The notes under the pieces: generated by a model
Databases searched by the model: none
Told to the model about the DNA's origin: nothing
The model's input: the letters and a program-made list of their open reading frames with translations, nothing else
Part shown: positions 46,401 to 61,400 of the stretch, one piece after another
Layout of the letters: each line of letters opens with the position of its first letter
Position numbering within the stretch: position 1 is the stretch's first letter
Made by a program: the position numbers and the translations under genes
NCBI RefSeq assembly: GCF_000315625.1
Contig: NW_005434593.1
Span: 350,219-414,218, forward strand
Length of the DNA: 64,000 nt
Origin: Guillardia theta CCMP2712
Taxonomy: Eukaryota; Protista; Cryptophyta
Direction: 5' to 3'

Positions 46401-49400
46401 CCTTCAACTTCATTTCAAATGGGCAGCCCATTGAATTCGTTCATGTTCTACACCTCCCTTGATGGATTTGAACTCTCCGTGTCATCTGGTTATATCAACA
46501 CCATCAATTTGGTAATAATCACAGGAAATTTCCAATATTTTGGCGAAGAAATTCTTTGTAGATTTGGTTTTTCTGTGGTTCGTGCAACGATCTTGACTTT
46601 CACATCAATATCCTGTGGTGCATTTTCGAATGCGTTAGGGACTGTATACGTAGATGTTGCTTTGAATGGAGTTGATTTTTCTGACGTACATCGATCATTC
46701 ACATGGATCGCTCCTGTAATTTGTCAAAGTATACAGCCCACTTTTGCATTCACAGAAAGCAGGTCTTCCATCACGGTCTATGGACAAAATTTCAGGAATT
46801 CTCAGGATTTGTCTTGTGGATTTTCTGATTTCACTGTGCAGACAAATTTTCAAACATCTTCTGTGATTACATGCTCGCTTTGGTTATTCGATAGCCAAAT
46901 CACAGAGGTCAATGTAGTTGACAATGCTACAGGTCAAACAGCTTTTTGTGGCCTTATTTCTATATTTCCAAGTTTCTTTTCGATCCATCCTTCTATTGGG
47001 CCTATTGTTGGATCATCATTAGTCACGTTGGAATCTTTGTTGAAGCCCTTTGCACAACATATAACATGCTCATGGGAGTTTAACAGTACGACCAATTGCC
47101 AGACGCCTGCAGTCCTACATACCTCGGATTCTGAATCTTTCTCAAGTGAAAGGGTTACTTGCCGAACCCCGTTTTCTGGAATGTCTGCTCAAACAAGGTT
47201 GCTGATTTACTTCCAATACCCCAAAATCCTGTTGCAAGCATTCACTTATGAATTTGAGCAGCTTGCAACGATAAATGCAGTGCAACCATCTTCGTTGAGA
47301 ATGGGAATTCAGATTGTCACGGTAGTTGGAATGCACTTTAGGTCAAACCCTCACCTTGTCTGCAACATCAATAGTCATATTTCTCGGCCCCTGTGGTTGT
47401 CATCAACAAAACTTTTGTGTACAGTGAATGTAGGGAATGATGCACAATTTTCACTCGCGGTATCTAATAATCAGGCCGATTTCAGTAATGAGATTTGGTT
47501 GTTCTCGTCGAAGTCCCTTGCCATCGCCACGGTTTATCCCAGCTACGGTCCCCTTCTTGGCGGGACATGGATCACCATAAGCGGAGGTGGCTGGGCGAGT
47601 GACGATAGGATTTCTTGCGAGTTTGGTTCCCTTGTGTCGAGTGCTGAACAGGTTCGCTCTGCTTCCCAGGCGACTATGGCTTGCCGCGTGCCAGGCTTTC
47701 TTTCAAACGAGGTATCGCCTTCGGAGAAGCTTGTAGAGCTCCGAGTGACTGCTCAAGGAGCAGGAGGTATACGAGTGGGGTATGCGAATTTCATGTATAG
47801 AGCCCCTGGTAGAATCATGTCAGTAGAGCCCACCACGGGGAGTTATCAAGGAGGCGAGACGCTGACAATCTATGGGGAGTTTTTCCCTATGGCGTCAACA
47901 GTGACTTGCAACTTCACAACCACAGGGGAGGATAATGCAACAGGAGTGCAGAGTACGTCGAGTCAGGGAGTTTGGCGGTCATCGAGCATGGTTTACTGCG
48001 TCAGTCCAGCAGCTCAAGTTGGCGCGACAAAAACCGAGCTGTATGTGAACTTTGATAACTTTTGGTCAATTCGCTCCCCTAGCTTTGTTTACCACCTCAG
48101 CCCACCTGGACTGATACGGGCATTGTCATTTGTCGAAAACAACATTACTACAAAAAGACTCATAATTCTTGGCTCAGAGTTTTTACAGAATCACGGGTTA
48201 TGCTACATTGAAACGCATAGAGCACCATGTCAGAGAATGTCAAGCACTATGATGCAGTGCTTTACTAAGCACATTTCTCTATCCAATTTTTCAATCAAGA
48301 TTTCCTACAACGAGAAGGATTTCAGTAATGAGATTTGGTTGTTCTCGTCGAAGTCCCTTGCCATCGCCACGGTTTATCCCAGCTACGGTCCCCTTCTTGG
48401 CGGGACATGGATCACCATAAGCGGAGGTGGCTGGGCGAGTGACGATAGGATTTCTTGCGAGTTTGGTTCCCTTGTGTCGAGTGCTGAACAGGTTCGCTCT
48501 GCTTCCCAGGCGACTATGGCTTGCCGCGTGCCAGGCTTTCTTTCAAACGAGGTATCGCCTTCGGAGAAGCTTGTAGAGCTCCGAGTGACTGCTCAAGGAG
48601 CAGGAGGTATACGAGTGGGGTATGCGAATTTCATGTATAGAGCCCCTGGTAGAATCATGTCAGTAGAGCCCACCACGGGGAGTTATCAAGGAGGCGAGAC
48701 GCTGACAATCTATGGGGAGTTTCTCCCTATGGCGTCAACAGTGACTTGCAACTTCACAACCACAGGGGAGGATAATGCAACAGGAGTGCAGAGTACGTCG
48801 AGTCAGGGAGTTTGGCGGTCATCGAGCATGGTTTACTGCGTCAGTCCAGCAGCTCAAGTCAGTTGCACTGATCTGATCGTCGAGTTGAGCTTTGATTTGC
48901 AATTTCAAGTGAGCTCCGCTATGCACTACTGTGTTTACTCTCGATGGATTGAACACGTATTTGCCTCGCATCTGAATCAGAATCCCCTGATTTCAGTGAC
49001 GATCATCGGGGTCGGATTTAGGGATGGTGACTCTGTATTGATCGGGAATCATCTAATCCAAAGGATTCCACAAAGAAGTTCCCGATCTATAGTTCTTGAT
49101 GATTTGAGTATTCCAACTCTGGAATTTTTGAAACATACAAATTTGTGCATTTCTGATAATACTTCGCTCTGCTTGTCGAATTCACGCTCATTTTCTTTGA
49201 AGGGTTTTACTCGTGCTTGGTCGGTCAGCCCCAACGAGATTTGCTCGTTTGGTGGAACAGTCATCTCCATGCAAACAGATTTTGCGAATTCCAAGAATCA
49301 GATTGTCTGCATCTTCGACAATATTCTTGTCGATGCCAAACGAGTCAATGCAACTTTGTTTGAGTGTATCTCTCCGCCTATTTCTCAGGGTATTGACTTT

Positions 49401-52400
49401 GTCCTGTTTAGAATTCTAGACTTGCAGTCACATCTGGCTCAGACTCAAGTTACAATGTCAGTTTATTCAAAAGATAACTACACAATTGTTTTTGAAGAAG
49501 TTAGGAGAGATGGCTTGAATCTTCGCTTGAAAGTGAGCAATTTGATCTTGGGAAAATCAACTTGTCAATGCATTTTTAAAGATCAAGAAAGTGCTATGCT
49601 TCTCAAACAAGATTCGGCAAAGGTCACATCTGAGTTACTCGAGTGCGAGATACCATGTATCAATGCAAAGGTACTCAAGTTCAACGTTCGTTGTGGCTGC
49701 AGTTTCTCTGACACTCACGTCCTTGCTCTGCCTATTGTCCTGAAATTGTTTGCTTCCAGCAGCGTGGCTTGGAACAATACTGCCATCAACATCATTGGAG
49801 ATAATTTTCTGCCTCAAGACGTTCAGCTTCTGTATGGAAAGAAGACTGTCCAAGGACTGTATTTGTCGTCCACTCATTTGCGCCTGCAAACTCGCAGTCG
49901 GGATCGTGGAACCGTATGGATTTCTCTGAGCTTTTGCTCCCTCATGGGCGGGTCACTCTCGTTTCACAGCGAACCTTCAGTCCTGCATATTCGACCTTCT
50001 GTTGGCCCAGTCAATGGTGGAACAAATGTCACCGTCGCAGTCTCTAAAACAGATCTCCAATTTTCCTGTGTTTTTGGGGAACGCATAGTTGAGGCTCACT
50101 ACATCACTTCATCTTCGGTGTATTGTGTTTCCCCGTCGTTTGAGACTCCGATTCGCGTGCCTGTGTCGTATGGTAACCCTCATAGCCTTGATAAATCTGC
50201 GACAACATCTGCCTATTTCATTTTTCAAGTTGATGACAGGATAATTGGTATACAGCCTTCCGCGGGACCATTCGAAAATCCGACAAGTGTATTGATCAAT
50301 TTGAAAGGAAGTAGTATCTGGGAAAAAGGATCAATTCATTGCTTCTGCAATGCAAAGCAGCATTCTGTGGGTAAGCTCTTGTCATCGTCACAAATTTCAT
50401 GCACTTTCTTTGCAATGGATATGCAAGAGCCGGCCCTAATTTCTGTCACAAGTGAATATGTGAGGACGATTGACCCTATACTGTACTATCATGAAGATAT
50501 ACCTCGCATCATATCAGTAACTTACAAATTTGCTCTGAATGGAATGAAAAATGTTTATTTCATTCAAGGATATGGATTTACCAAAAGTTCCCTCTCGCCC
50601 ACTTGCAAGATTGGTTCTAGCTTGTTATCAAGAGCACTGTGGATTTCACATCAAAAGATGTTGTGCATGATGGATAATCAAGTATTCAGCAAATACAAAC
50701 AAGGCAATTACACAATTCGTGTCAGCAACAACGGAATACATTACTCAAATTCCTTCAAAATACTCCAGGTGATGGAAACCTTCATTGCAAACAGCCTTCA
50801 GCCAACATGGGGCATAGCCGGGGGCGGGGCGACAGTGGTGACGGTATGGGGAGCTTTGATAGGGGAGGCAGGCAGGGGAGTGGTGTGCAAGTTCGGAGAG
50901 AAGGGAAGGCCTACGGAAGGGCAGGGGGTAGGCTCGTCAGGAGTAGTCTGCGAGGCGCCCGGACAGCAGGAGCAGCGGGCCAGCTTGTACTTGTCCACGG
51001 ACGGGGGTCTGACTTTCGAAGACAGCGGACGAGTGTTTGAGTACATCCAAGCGGGGACGATCATACGGCTAGAGCCTTGCGAGGGGCCGGTATCAGGAGG
51101 CACACGCGTGAGGGTGATCGGGTCAGGGATGATGGGGGGAGAAGGGCTTGGGTGCCGTTTCGGAGGCGTGGGAGGACGAGAGGGGAGGGCGCGTTGGGAG
51201 TCGAGCAGCGTTGTGAGCTGCATCGCGCCAGAGCACACAGGGGAGGAGGCAGTGGAAGTGTCAATAACGAGGGACGGGCAAGGGACGGCGACGACGGGAG
51301 GGGCCGGGTATAGGTACAGTACGTGGCCGGAGGTGACGGGGGTGTATCCGAGTCAAGGACCGACGCGAGGAGGGTTTGTGGTCAGGGTAGCGATGGACGG
51401 GGTACAAGGGAAAGGAGGACGGTGGGAGGCGGCCTGGTGTCGGATAAGAGAGGGGGAGGAGTGGCTAGGAACGACGGCGTCAGAGGGGTCGAGGATCGAG
51501 TGCGTGATGCCAGCACATGGGAGAGGGAACGCATCGCTGGAGGTCAGCCTCAACGGGCAGGACTGGTCCACGGGAGGGCGGGTCGAGTACAGAGAGCCGC
51601 GGTGCGAGGTGGTAAGGGTAGAGCCGTCGCTGGGGCCAGAGAGGGGCGGTACGGTAGTGGAGGTCAGGGTGAGAGGTTGGGCGACAGCAGGAGGGTCAGG
51701 GGGAGGGTCAGCGGTCTGCATGTACGACGGGGAGGCAGGGGTGGAGGGGACGGTTGTCGGAGGGGGAGTAGTACGATGCAAGACGCCCGGGGCAAGACGG
51801 GGAGGGGGAAGCGAGCCAGGGCGGGAGGTCGAGGTGAGCGTCGAGGCAGTAGGCACAGAGGGCCGGTGCAGCGGAGGAAGGTACATGTACTACGGGGGGG
51901 TAGAGGTAACGGGGGTGAGGCCTTCGATCGTTACAGCGGGGACGGGGACGGCGCTGACGGTAGTAGGAAGAGGCTTCTTGATCGGGGCGGAGGGACGTTG
52001 CAAGTACTGGGACATGAGGAGCGGGGGCGGGCTGAGCTGGGAGGAGGCGATAGGAGTAGGGATCACGTCAAGCATGGTGCGGTGCGGGAGCATAGAGACC
52101 GGGGGCCCAGGGATGCATGGAGCGAAGGAAGTGGACGTGAGCATCAACGGAGTAGACTACACGGGGGCTGGGGCAGAGGTGCTGTACGAGGCTGCAGCGA
52201 CGCTGACGGGCATCATCCCGAGCAGGGGGCCGGCAGACGGGGGCGGGAGCATAACGCTGATAGGGGCGGGGCTGAGCAAGTATACGGTGGAAGGGGCGCG
52301 ATGCCGGGTAGGAGCTCAAGACGCAGGGTACGCGAGATGGATAACATCGAGCCAGGCGGAGTGCAGCCAGGTACAGGGGGGCAGGGGGAATGTAACGGTC

Positions 52401-55400
52401 GAGCTGAGGGGGAGGGAAGGGGAGGTAATAGCACGCGGGATCAGGTACGAGTATTCACAGAGGTGGAGCGTGACGAGGGCTTCACCAAGCGTAGGCCCTG
52501 TTAATGGAGGGCAGAGGGTAACACTGTACTTGGGTGGGGACGAATCGCAAATGCCGAACGAGAGCGGTGCAGTGTGTTTGTTCGGCTCCCAGAGGACAAG
52601 CCCTGCACAGAGAGTCAGTATGTCGGAGGTGCAGTGCGAGAGTCCCGCTCGCCTCGGGGGCGGGGAAGGGCTGGTTTGCCTTTGGGTAACGGACAGAGGT
52701 ACTGTGTCCTGGGATATCGAGAGCTGCAGGGTCGGAAGCGGGGGTGTACCATATCTGTACATGGCTACAACCAGGATCTCGGGCGTGGAGCCATCCTTTG
52801 GGGCGCTACATGGTGGGACAGTCGTTACTATCTCGTTGGATCCAGGTATGGGCTTGATGCAACCAATCCAAGTGGTATGCGAGTTTGGAGGCAAGCCAGG
52901 AGAAGGATCGGTATTGGAGACAAGCCTTGCGAGAGGGCCAGAGCAAGTGAAGGTCAGGTGCACGACACCCAAGGGAGAAACCGAAGGAGCGGTGCAGCTG
53001 AGAGTGTATCTGGAGGGTCCTGATGGGTCAACAGAGAGCGTGACAGACTTCTGGTATGAGGAGGCAGCTCGGGTGACCGACATAAAGCCCTGTCGAGCCC
53101 GACTCGTCAATGCACAAGCGATCACGATAGTCGGGGCGTACTTCAAGAGATCAGCCAGCCTTGCGTGCAAGCTTGGACTCATGACTAAGACAGCAGCTAG
53201 GTGGGAATCTAGCACCATGGTAGTCTGTATACTACCGGCAGGACAATATCCAGCAGTGTCAGGGTCAGGCGGAAACATGACGGTAGCTATCAGCAACAAC
53301 GGGGTAGACTACTCAAGGCCGGGAACTTTGCGACTGCAGTACACAGGAGCAGGAGGAAAGGGAGTGGAGAGGATAGAGCCAACATGGGGCATAGCCGGGG
53401 GCGGGGCGACGGTGGTGACGGTGTGGGGAGCTTTGATAGGGGAGGCAGGCAGGGGAGTGGTGTGCAAGTTCGGAGAGAAGGGAAGGCCTACGGAAGGGCA
53501 GGGGGTAGGCTCGTCAGGAGTAGTCTGCGAGGCGCCCGGACAGCAGGAGCAGCGGGCCAGCTTGTACTTGTCCACGGACGGGGGTCTGACTTTCGAAGAC
53601 AGCGGACGAGTGTTTGAGTACATCCAAGCGGGGACGATCATACGGCTAGAGCCTTGCGAGGGGCCGGTATCAGGAGGCACACGAGTGAGGGTGATCGGGT
53701 CAGGGATGATGGGGGGAGAAGGGCTTGGGTGCCGTTTCGGAGGCGTGGGAGGACGAGAGGGGAGGGCGCGTTGGGAGTCGAGCAGCGTTGTCACTTGTGT
53801 GACACCAGATGGCATTTATCCTGGAGTCGTCAGTCTTTTTCTTTCGTCTCCGACCTCGGCGTCAGCTTTTTTGTTTCGCCCAATTTTTGAGTGCACCATT
53901 TTGAGGGTGAATTTCATTCAGAAATTATACAGGGGAAGCTCAGTGCATTCAACAAGGGTACTTCTTCGATTTGATCCCGTTACAGATTGGGGTTTACATG
54001 GGATATTGTGTAGGATTGGAGCTAGCATAAGGGGCAAGGCAAGCTGGTTGACTCAGAGCAATCTGATGTGCACATTCCTTGAATCAAGCCCATATCACAT
54101 CATTAACAAATCAGTCGAAGTCAGTTACAATAGACAAAATTTCCAGATGTGCGGAACAATAAGAGAAACGCCAACAGCAGTAATCAAAATCGAACCAACC
54201 TGGGGCATTGTAAACCAAGTAACGCATGTGACAGTCTACACATCATCGAGCTTTTCCTTTCAAGGATTACCGATAGTGTGTAGATTTGGGAACACTGCAG
54301 CTTTGTCCACTGCTCAAACACTACACAACGGTATATACACATGCAAAGCAGAAGAGCAAAGAGAGCAGAGGGCCAGCTTGTACTTGTCCACGGACGGGGG
54401 TCTGACTTTCGAAGACAGCGGACGAGTGTTTGAGTACATCCAAGCGGGGACGATCATACGGCTAGAGCCTTGCGAGGGGCCGGTATCAGGAGGCACACGC
54501 GTGAGGGTGATCGGGTCAGGGATGATGGGGGGAGAAGGGCTTGGGTGCCGTTTCGGAGGCGTGGGAGGACGAGAGGGGAGGGCGCGTTGGGAGTCGAGCA
54601 GCGTTGTGAGCTGCATCGCGCCAGAGCACACAGGGGAGGAGGCAGTGGAAGTGTCAATAACGAGGGACGGGCAAGGGANNNNNNNNNNNNNNNNNNNNNN
54701 NNNNNNNNNNNNNNNNNNNNNNNNNNNNNNNNNNNNNNNNNNNNNNNNNNNNNNNNNNNNNNNNNNNNNNNNNNNNNNTATATCCGAGTCAAGGACCGAC
54801 GGGAGGAGGGTTTGTGGTCAGGGTAGCGATGGACGGGGTACAAGGGAAAGGAGGACGGTGGGAGGCGGCCTGGTGTCGGATAAGAGAGGGGGAGGAGTGG
54901 GTAGGAACGACGGCGTCAGAGGGGTCGAGGATCGAGTGCGTGATGCCAGCACATGGGAGAGGGAACGCATCGCTGGAGGTCAGCCTCAACGGGCAGGACT
55001 GGTCCACGGGAGGGCGGGTCGAGTACAGAGAGCCGCGGTGCGAGGTGGTAAGGGTAGAGCCGTCGCTGGGGCCAGAGAGGGGCGGTACGGTAGTGGAGGT
55101 CAGGGTGAGAGGTTGGGCGACAGCAGGAGGGTCAGGGGGAGGGTCAGCGGTCTGCATGTACGACGGGGAGGCAGGGGTGGAGGGGACGGTTGACGGAGGG
55201 GGAGTAGTACGATGCATGACGCCCGGGGCAAGACGGGGAGGGGGAAGCGAGCCAGGGCGGGAGGTCGAGGTGAGCGTCGAGGCAGTAGGCACAGAGGGCC
55301 GGTGCAGCGGAGGAAGGTACATGTACTACGGGGGGGTAGAGGTAACGGGGGTGAGGCCTTCGATCGTTACAGCGGGGACGGGGACGGCGCTGACGGTAGT

Positions 55401-58400
55401 AGGGAGCGGCTTCTTTGCTGGGTTGCGAATGCAATGCAGTTTTCGACTAAGACATCGAATGCTGTCTGAGTTTTTGCCTCTTTTTCATTCTTTTTATTCA
55501 TCCAGGGTTGTTGTTTGTTGGCTCCCTGCTGTTTTATCCGAAAAGTTGAAACTTTTTGATTTTCGTTTTTTAGTATCCGATTTGGTTTTTGATTCTACAT
55601 TACGGATTGTTACTAGCCCAAAACTAGATGGCGTTTTTCCTTCGTTTATTGGTGTTGGGTACGCAGGTTGGATCACAATGTTCAGTCACTCAGATGTTTT
55701 CTCTTTGTTGTATGACCTAGACTTGCAATGTCGCTTTGGAGACGTTGTATCAACAGCCGTCATAATAGATGGAAAACGTGTAAATTGTTCTATCTTTGCT
55801 ACAAGAATCGGAAACATATCGCTTTCTTTGTATCTCGCGAACAGGTCGTTTGGTGTAACTCCCGTTATAGTTCAAGTAAAGGAGCAAGCATTTCATTCTA
55901 CATCTACTTGCAGCAATATCAGTCTGCTGTCTGTCAATCCATCTTCAAGTCCAGATGGCATGAATGCAGTGATAACTTTGAAATTTCAAACAACCTGCAG
56001 CATTCTTCAATTACCATTATTTTGTCTGTTTTCATCCCAAATTCAGGAATTACAAATGCAGACATTTGGTTGCGGGAATGATACCAATTCAGTTTGTTGT
56101 GAGGTACCAAAATGGCGAAATGAAAGCTTTATTCAAGTGCGTTTGACCTCGCCGAATCACTCTTCAAATGCTCTAGATTACTTGATTTACAAAAGCCCAT
56201 ATATTTCGAATTTGGTACCATCATCATCATTTCTTGTTTCAACACAATTCGCTTTAACTGTGCAAGGCTCTGGTTTTTCCAATGACATGGTCTGTGTCTT
56301 TGGGAGTAATGGGACCAAATCTGTAATATGGTTCCAGTCAAATACAGCAATCATATGCCACAGTTCTGGTCTTAAACCGGGTAATTACACCTTTCAGCTC
56401 AAGTCCAGAGCCAGCACATTCACAATTAGCAATCCCTCAATTTTTCAGCTAAACATCGCAAAACATATCAATAACATTGTTCCCAAATTTTCTTTTGAAG
56501 GTCAAAGATCAAGTCTGACAGTGAGTGGAGGACCTTACAGGGATGATGGAAAGTTGAAATGCAATATAATCTATCCAAATAATTTGACAAAAGAAGTTAC
56601 AGCAACGGTGCTAACAGATCATCAACTGAAATGCGTTCTCTTCCCACAATTACCTGGAAAGTACCTTGTTGAAGTTGTGCAAGACTCGGTCACTGTTTCG
56701 CACACCCAGGAACGGATGCTCTTCCACGAGGTTGTTCCCTTGCCCTCAGTAGATAGCATGTTTCCGAGCACGGGTCCAGTAGCGGGCTTGTCACAGGTCA
56801 CAATCATCGGAAAGAATTTCTTTGGGCTACAATCTATCTCAAGAGACGTATACTGTGTATTCGACGGGACGAAAGGGGCACCTGGAAAAATAGGAAGCGA
56901 TAGCGAGGTCCTATGTCAAACGTCTCCACATGCGGTGGGGACGGTCGGAGTTGGTATACAGGTCTCATCGATGCCAATGCTTGATACCATGCTCCGTTTC
57001 GAATACCACGCGGTACCTAAGATAATGCAGGTGAGTCCCAGCATTGGGCAATGGTCGAGACATCCAACGGCGGTGACGGTCTACGGGGAGGGCTTTTTCG
57101 ATGGAGAAGGGCTTTCTTGCATCGTCGGATCAAAGGGGAGCTATAAAGGGAAATACATTTCTTCATCTGCTGTCGTCTGTCTTCTTGAAAACCTTGACGG
57201 AGGTAATCATACTGTGACCATCAGCAACGATGGGGTCACTTACATGAAGTCGGATGTGTCCATCGAGATGCTTTCTCGCTCTATGATCATGTCTGTGAAA
57301 CCTTCGAAATGTTATTGGGTACGTGGAATGAAGCTGACGGTATTTGGGAAGTCATTTGGGCCTAGAAGTGACTTCAAGTGTGTCTTGACTTCCTGGTCAG
57401 TAGCTCCTATAGTGATAGAGGGCAAGCTGATAGGCCTGGACACCGTCGAATGTCTGTTACCGTGGATGAGCATTGGAAAGTACCTTGTTGAAGTTGTGCA
57501 AGACTCGGTCACTGTTTCGCACACCCAGGAACGGATGCTCTTCCACGAGGTTGTTCCCTTGCCCTCAGTAGATAGCATGTTTCCGAGCACGGGTCCAGTA
57601 GCGGGCTTGTCACAGGTCACAATCATCGGAAAGAATTTCTTTGGGCTACAATCTATCTCAAGAGACGTATACTGTGTATTCGACGGGACGAAAGGGGCAC
57701 CTGGAAAAATAGGAAGCGATAGCGAGGTCCTATGTCAAACGTCTCCACATGCGGTGGGGACGGTCGGAGTTGGTATACAGGTCTCATCGATGCCAATGCT
57801 TGATACCATGCTCCGTTTCGAATACCACGCGGTACCTAAGATAATGCAGGTGAGTCCCAGCATTGGGCAATGGTCGAGACATCCAACGGCGGTGACGGTC
57901 TACGGGGAGGGCTTTTTCGATGGAGAAGGGCTTTCTTGCATCGTCGGATCAAGAAAGTCTTGCAAGGCTCACGTTATTTCATCAAGCGCTATTATTTGTG
58001 ATGTAAGGGATTGGATCAATTCGAACACATCGATTCACATTTTGATGGGTGCTTATCGTTCAAACGTGTTATCGCTTTTATATTTTCGTCGTACTTCCTC
58101 AAACTCATCTATCAGTACATGTGATGTACAAACAAGCGAATTGAATATGCACTCTTGCAACACTATGCGCGTGGTATTTTCTGGGTCTTTGCAAAGCTGT
58201 CCAATGATGACATGTGTAATCGGAAACAAGAAAATCGATGCTGAATTTATATCTTCATCCATAGTAGGCTGCACAACCTCAGTACTCCAAGAAGCCGAGT
58301 CTGTAATTCTACGTGATTTGAAGAGCAATATAAGTTTGTATACATTTCGCTTACCTCCTTTGAATTCAGAAAAAAATGGTTTCAACTTTGTTCCCTCTAC

Positions 58401-61400
58401 CGCAGTAGTAAAGCAAACAGTCGCAGTATCCATTGTAGGGAATCAATTCTGCAAATTCCCTGGCATCGCACAATGTCGGATTGGAGAAAACGAGTGGTTC
58501 AGAGCCTCAATCCTGACGTCGAGTGTAATTGTCTGTGTTTTGAAACCTAGAGTTCCAGGCTCTTTCTTGTTGCAGCTTGACCTTGACAAGATGGAATATA
58601 GTAGCTTGTCAAGTTTCGAAGTTTTCTCGTTATGTTCTATCGAGATATTACATGGACGTCTTATTGCTGAGGCAAATTTGATATCTTTACTTTTTCATCT
58701 TGACTGCAATAGAGTTCTTCGTCAACAACTTATGGGCTGTGTTAATTCTAAATTTTGGAGTCCTTTAATGCTGATGAATAATTCTTTGGCGAGGTGCGAT
58801 ATTCGAAAATATTTCAAAGATGAAATCTTTGGATTTCATCTAATCAACGACTATGGTCAAGCAAGCGAAGAATATCTTTTTTCGGATCGTTTCATTTCAA
58901 ACTACACATGTAGCATGATTCCGATACCTGCAATGCGCAGGAACGGTGTGTCACAACACGCAATTCATTTTTCGCATCACGCAATCTTGAAGGATTTGAT
59001 GTTTGCATTGGTAGCAGGGTTGAGAGTTGACCTTTCTCATCTGAATGGAAACACAGTTATCAACATTCCCTCCGAATTTGAATCTGGTCAATACGACGTA
59101 GACCTTGTCATTGATCATTTGCATACAATACCATGCGGAAGTATTAATCACACACATGAATTGGTGGTGCATTCCATCAGCCCAACAATAATTGTGTCCA
59201 ACATCCAAACAACAGTTACCATAAACGGCATGGGATTCAAGTCACCAGTCTGCGTGAAATTTGGAACTTTTCAATTCAAAGCAACAATCTCTGATCCGAT
59301 GACGATCCAAGTCGATGTTTTTCTTTCCAAAGCTGCGAACTTCTCAATATCTATTGCTTCTAATTGTTATAAATTTGAGCCAACTGGAATCAGGGTGAAT
59401 GTGATAAATTCTTTGCTGTCTGTGCAACCCTCCAAGGGTTATGTGAAGAGTGGGATGAAGCTGCATATCAAATCCCATGACAGGCTAATTAAGTCATGCT
59501 TTTTTGGAAATTTGACCGTTGATGCATTCCATGCAGGTCCGAACCATTTCATTTGCAACATTCCACATTTGACATCAGTCCAATCGCTTACAGTAGGGGA
59601 CGAACATATCAAAATTCAAGTAAGACATGCTCTAATTATTCTACCTGAAATTCAGATCCTTGAGGTTTTGCCGATTGTTCGAGTGCTATCTACGAAAAGT
59701 GTGACAATTCGGACTACTTCGGACAAATCTTCATTGATTGCTGAAACCATGTGGTGCAAATGGAACCACGAAAAACAATGATTCAAAGGCTACAAAGAGA
59801 TACTTTTCTGTGCATGACCCCTATCTCTAAGTCAAAAATCGAATTTCTTGACATAATAGTTGGAAATGTTACAATTACAAACAGAAAAACTGCAATAATG
59901 TTTGAAAATGACCCGATCGTAGAAAAGCTTGTAAAAGTAAACCAGCGAAAATCGAGAAAAACAGAAATACTTCTGCAGGGAAAATACTTTGGAGACACAC
60001 AAGACTTGCAATGCAGAGCCGGGAGAAAAGCATTGTCGCTGGCGAGATGGATGTCGAGCACTTTGGTTGCGTGCGTGGTGCAAGGCGCCCATTGCAGGTC
60101 GGAGAGCTGTAACGTGACGATTGAAGTAAGCAACAACGGAGTAGACTTTTCCGAGGCGGCGCGTGCTCGGTTTGAGTACCGGGGGAGCGAGATAGGGAGG
60201 CTGGAGCCTTCCTGGGGGCTCGCTGGACGAGCGACGGAGGTACGGGTGACGCTGGGGTACAGGGCCTGGGAGGGAGCGGAGACTGGAGACAGGTTATGTC
60301 GCTTCGGGGACGTGGTTGTATCCGGCGTCACGGCGTCAGATACAGGAGGAGGGACGGTGTGCAAAGCTCCGCCGCAGAGGGTAGGGGTGGTGATGGTGTC
60401 CCTGAGCACAGACGGAGGCCTGCACTACGAAGAGGTCGGAGCAGGCTTTGAGTACATTGCGGGAGTAGAGGTCGTAGGGCTAGAGCCGTCTCAGGGACCG
60501 TGGGAANNNNNNNNNNNNNNNNNNNNNNNNNNNNNNNNNNNNNNNNNNNNNNNNNNNNNNNNNNNNNNNNNNNNNNNNNNNNNNNNNNNNNNNNNNNNNN
60601 NNNNNNNNNNNNNNNNNNNNNNNNNNNNNNNNNNNNNNNNNNNNNNNNNNNNNNNNNNNNNNNNNNNNNNNNNNNNNNNNNNNNNNNNNNNNNNNNNNNN
60701 NNNNNNNNNNNNNNNNNNNNNNNNNNGAAGGACAGCAGTATTCCAGTACAGGGAGTGGGCGGAGGCCACCAGGGTAGAGCCGAGGTCAGGGCCGGCAGGA
60801 GGAGGGCAGAGAGTCATTGTGCGGGTCGCAGGAGGGGAGATCAGACGGATGGAGGCAGTGTGGTGTCGTGTAGGGTCGAGGACCGGCGAGGTCTCCTTGG
60901 GAGTGGGGGTAGGCGGGGGGGGAGCGGAGTGCCGGATGCCAGCTCATGAGCCAGGGAACGTGACCGTGGAGGTAAGCGTCAACGGAGTGGACTGGGGAGG
61001 GAGGGCCGGGAGATACGAGTACACGGAGGAGTGCATGGTGAGACGGGTAGAGCCGTCGTCAGGTCCGGCTGAGGGGGGTACGGAGATAACGCTGTACGGG
61101 GCTGGGTTTAGCCGGATGGGGCCTTTGACATGCCGGGTAGGGGCGACGTCAGTAGGCGACTTCAGGGTCTTGTCGGACGAGGCAGGAACATGCAGGACAC
61201 CCGGGCTCCGGGAGGGAGAGGAAGGGAGCAGGTTGACGGTCGGGCTGGCGAAGGTTGCGATAGGAGGGGGAGAGAGGAGGGTGTGCCAGGGGGGACCCTT
61301 TGTCTATCGAGCGTCCGTGCACGTCCAGACGATCCAACCGTCGGTGGTGTACGGTTTGAGCAACTGTGTATGAATTTTGATCGAGGGGGAGGGTTTCAGG

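Noticed and set aside
54679-55193. Apparent frameshift between the 3328-aa and 1655-aa ORFs
   Set aside because: Artefact of the arbitrary 100-N gap; the paralogous copy restores the frame.
50798-55469. Overlapping alternative-frame and antisense ORFs in the G-rich modules
   Set aside because: Expected from stop-poor composition; only the IPT/TIG frame has domain signal.
59760-59785. Programmed ribosomal frameshift at gaaaaacaatg
   Set aside because: No canonical slippery heptamer or evident stimulator; a homopolymer sequencing error is simpler.
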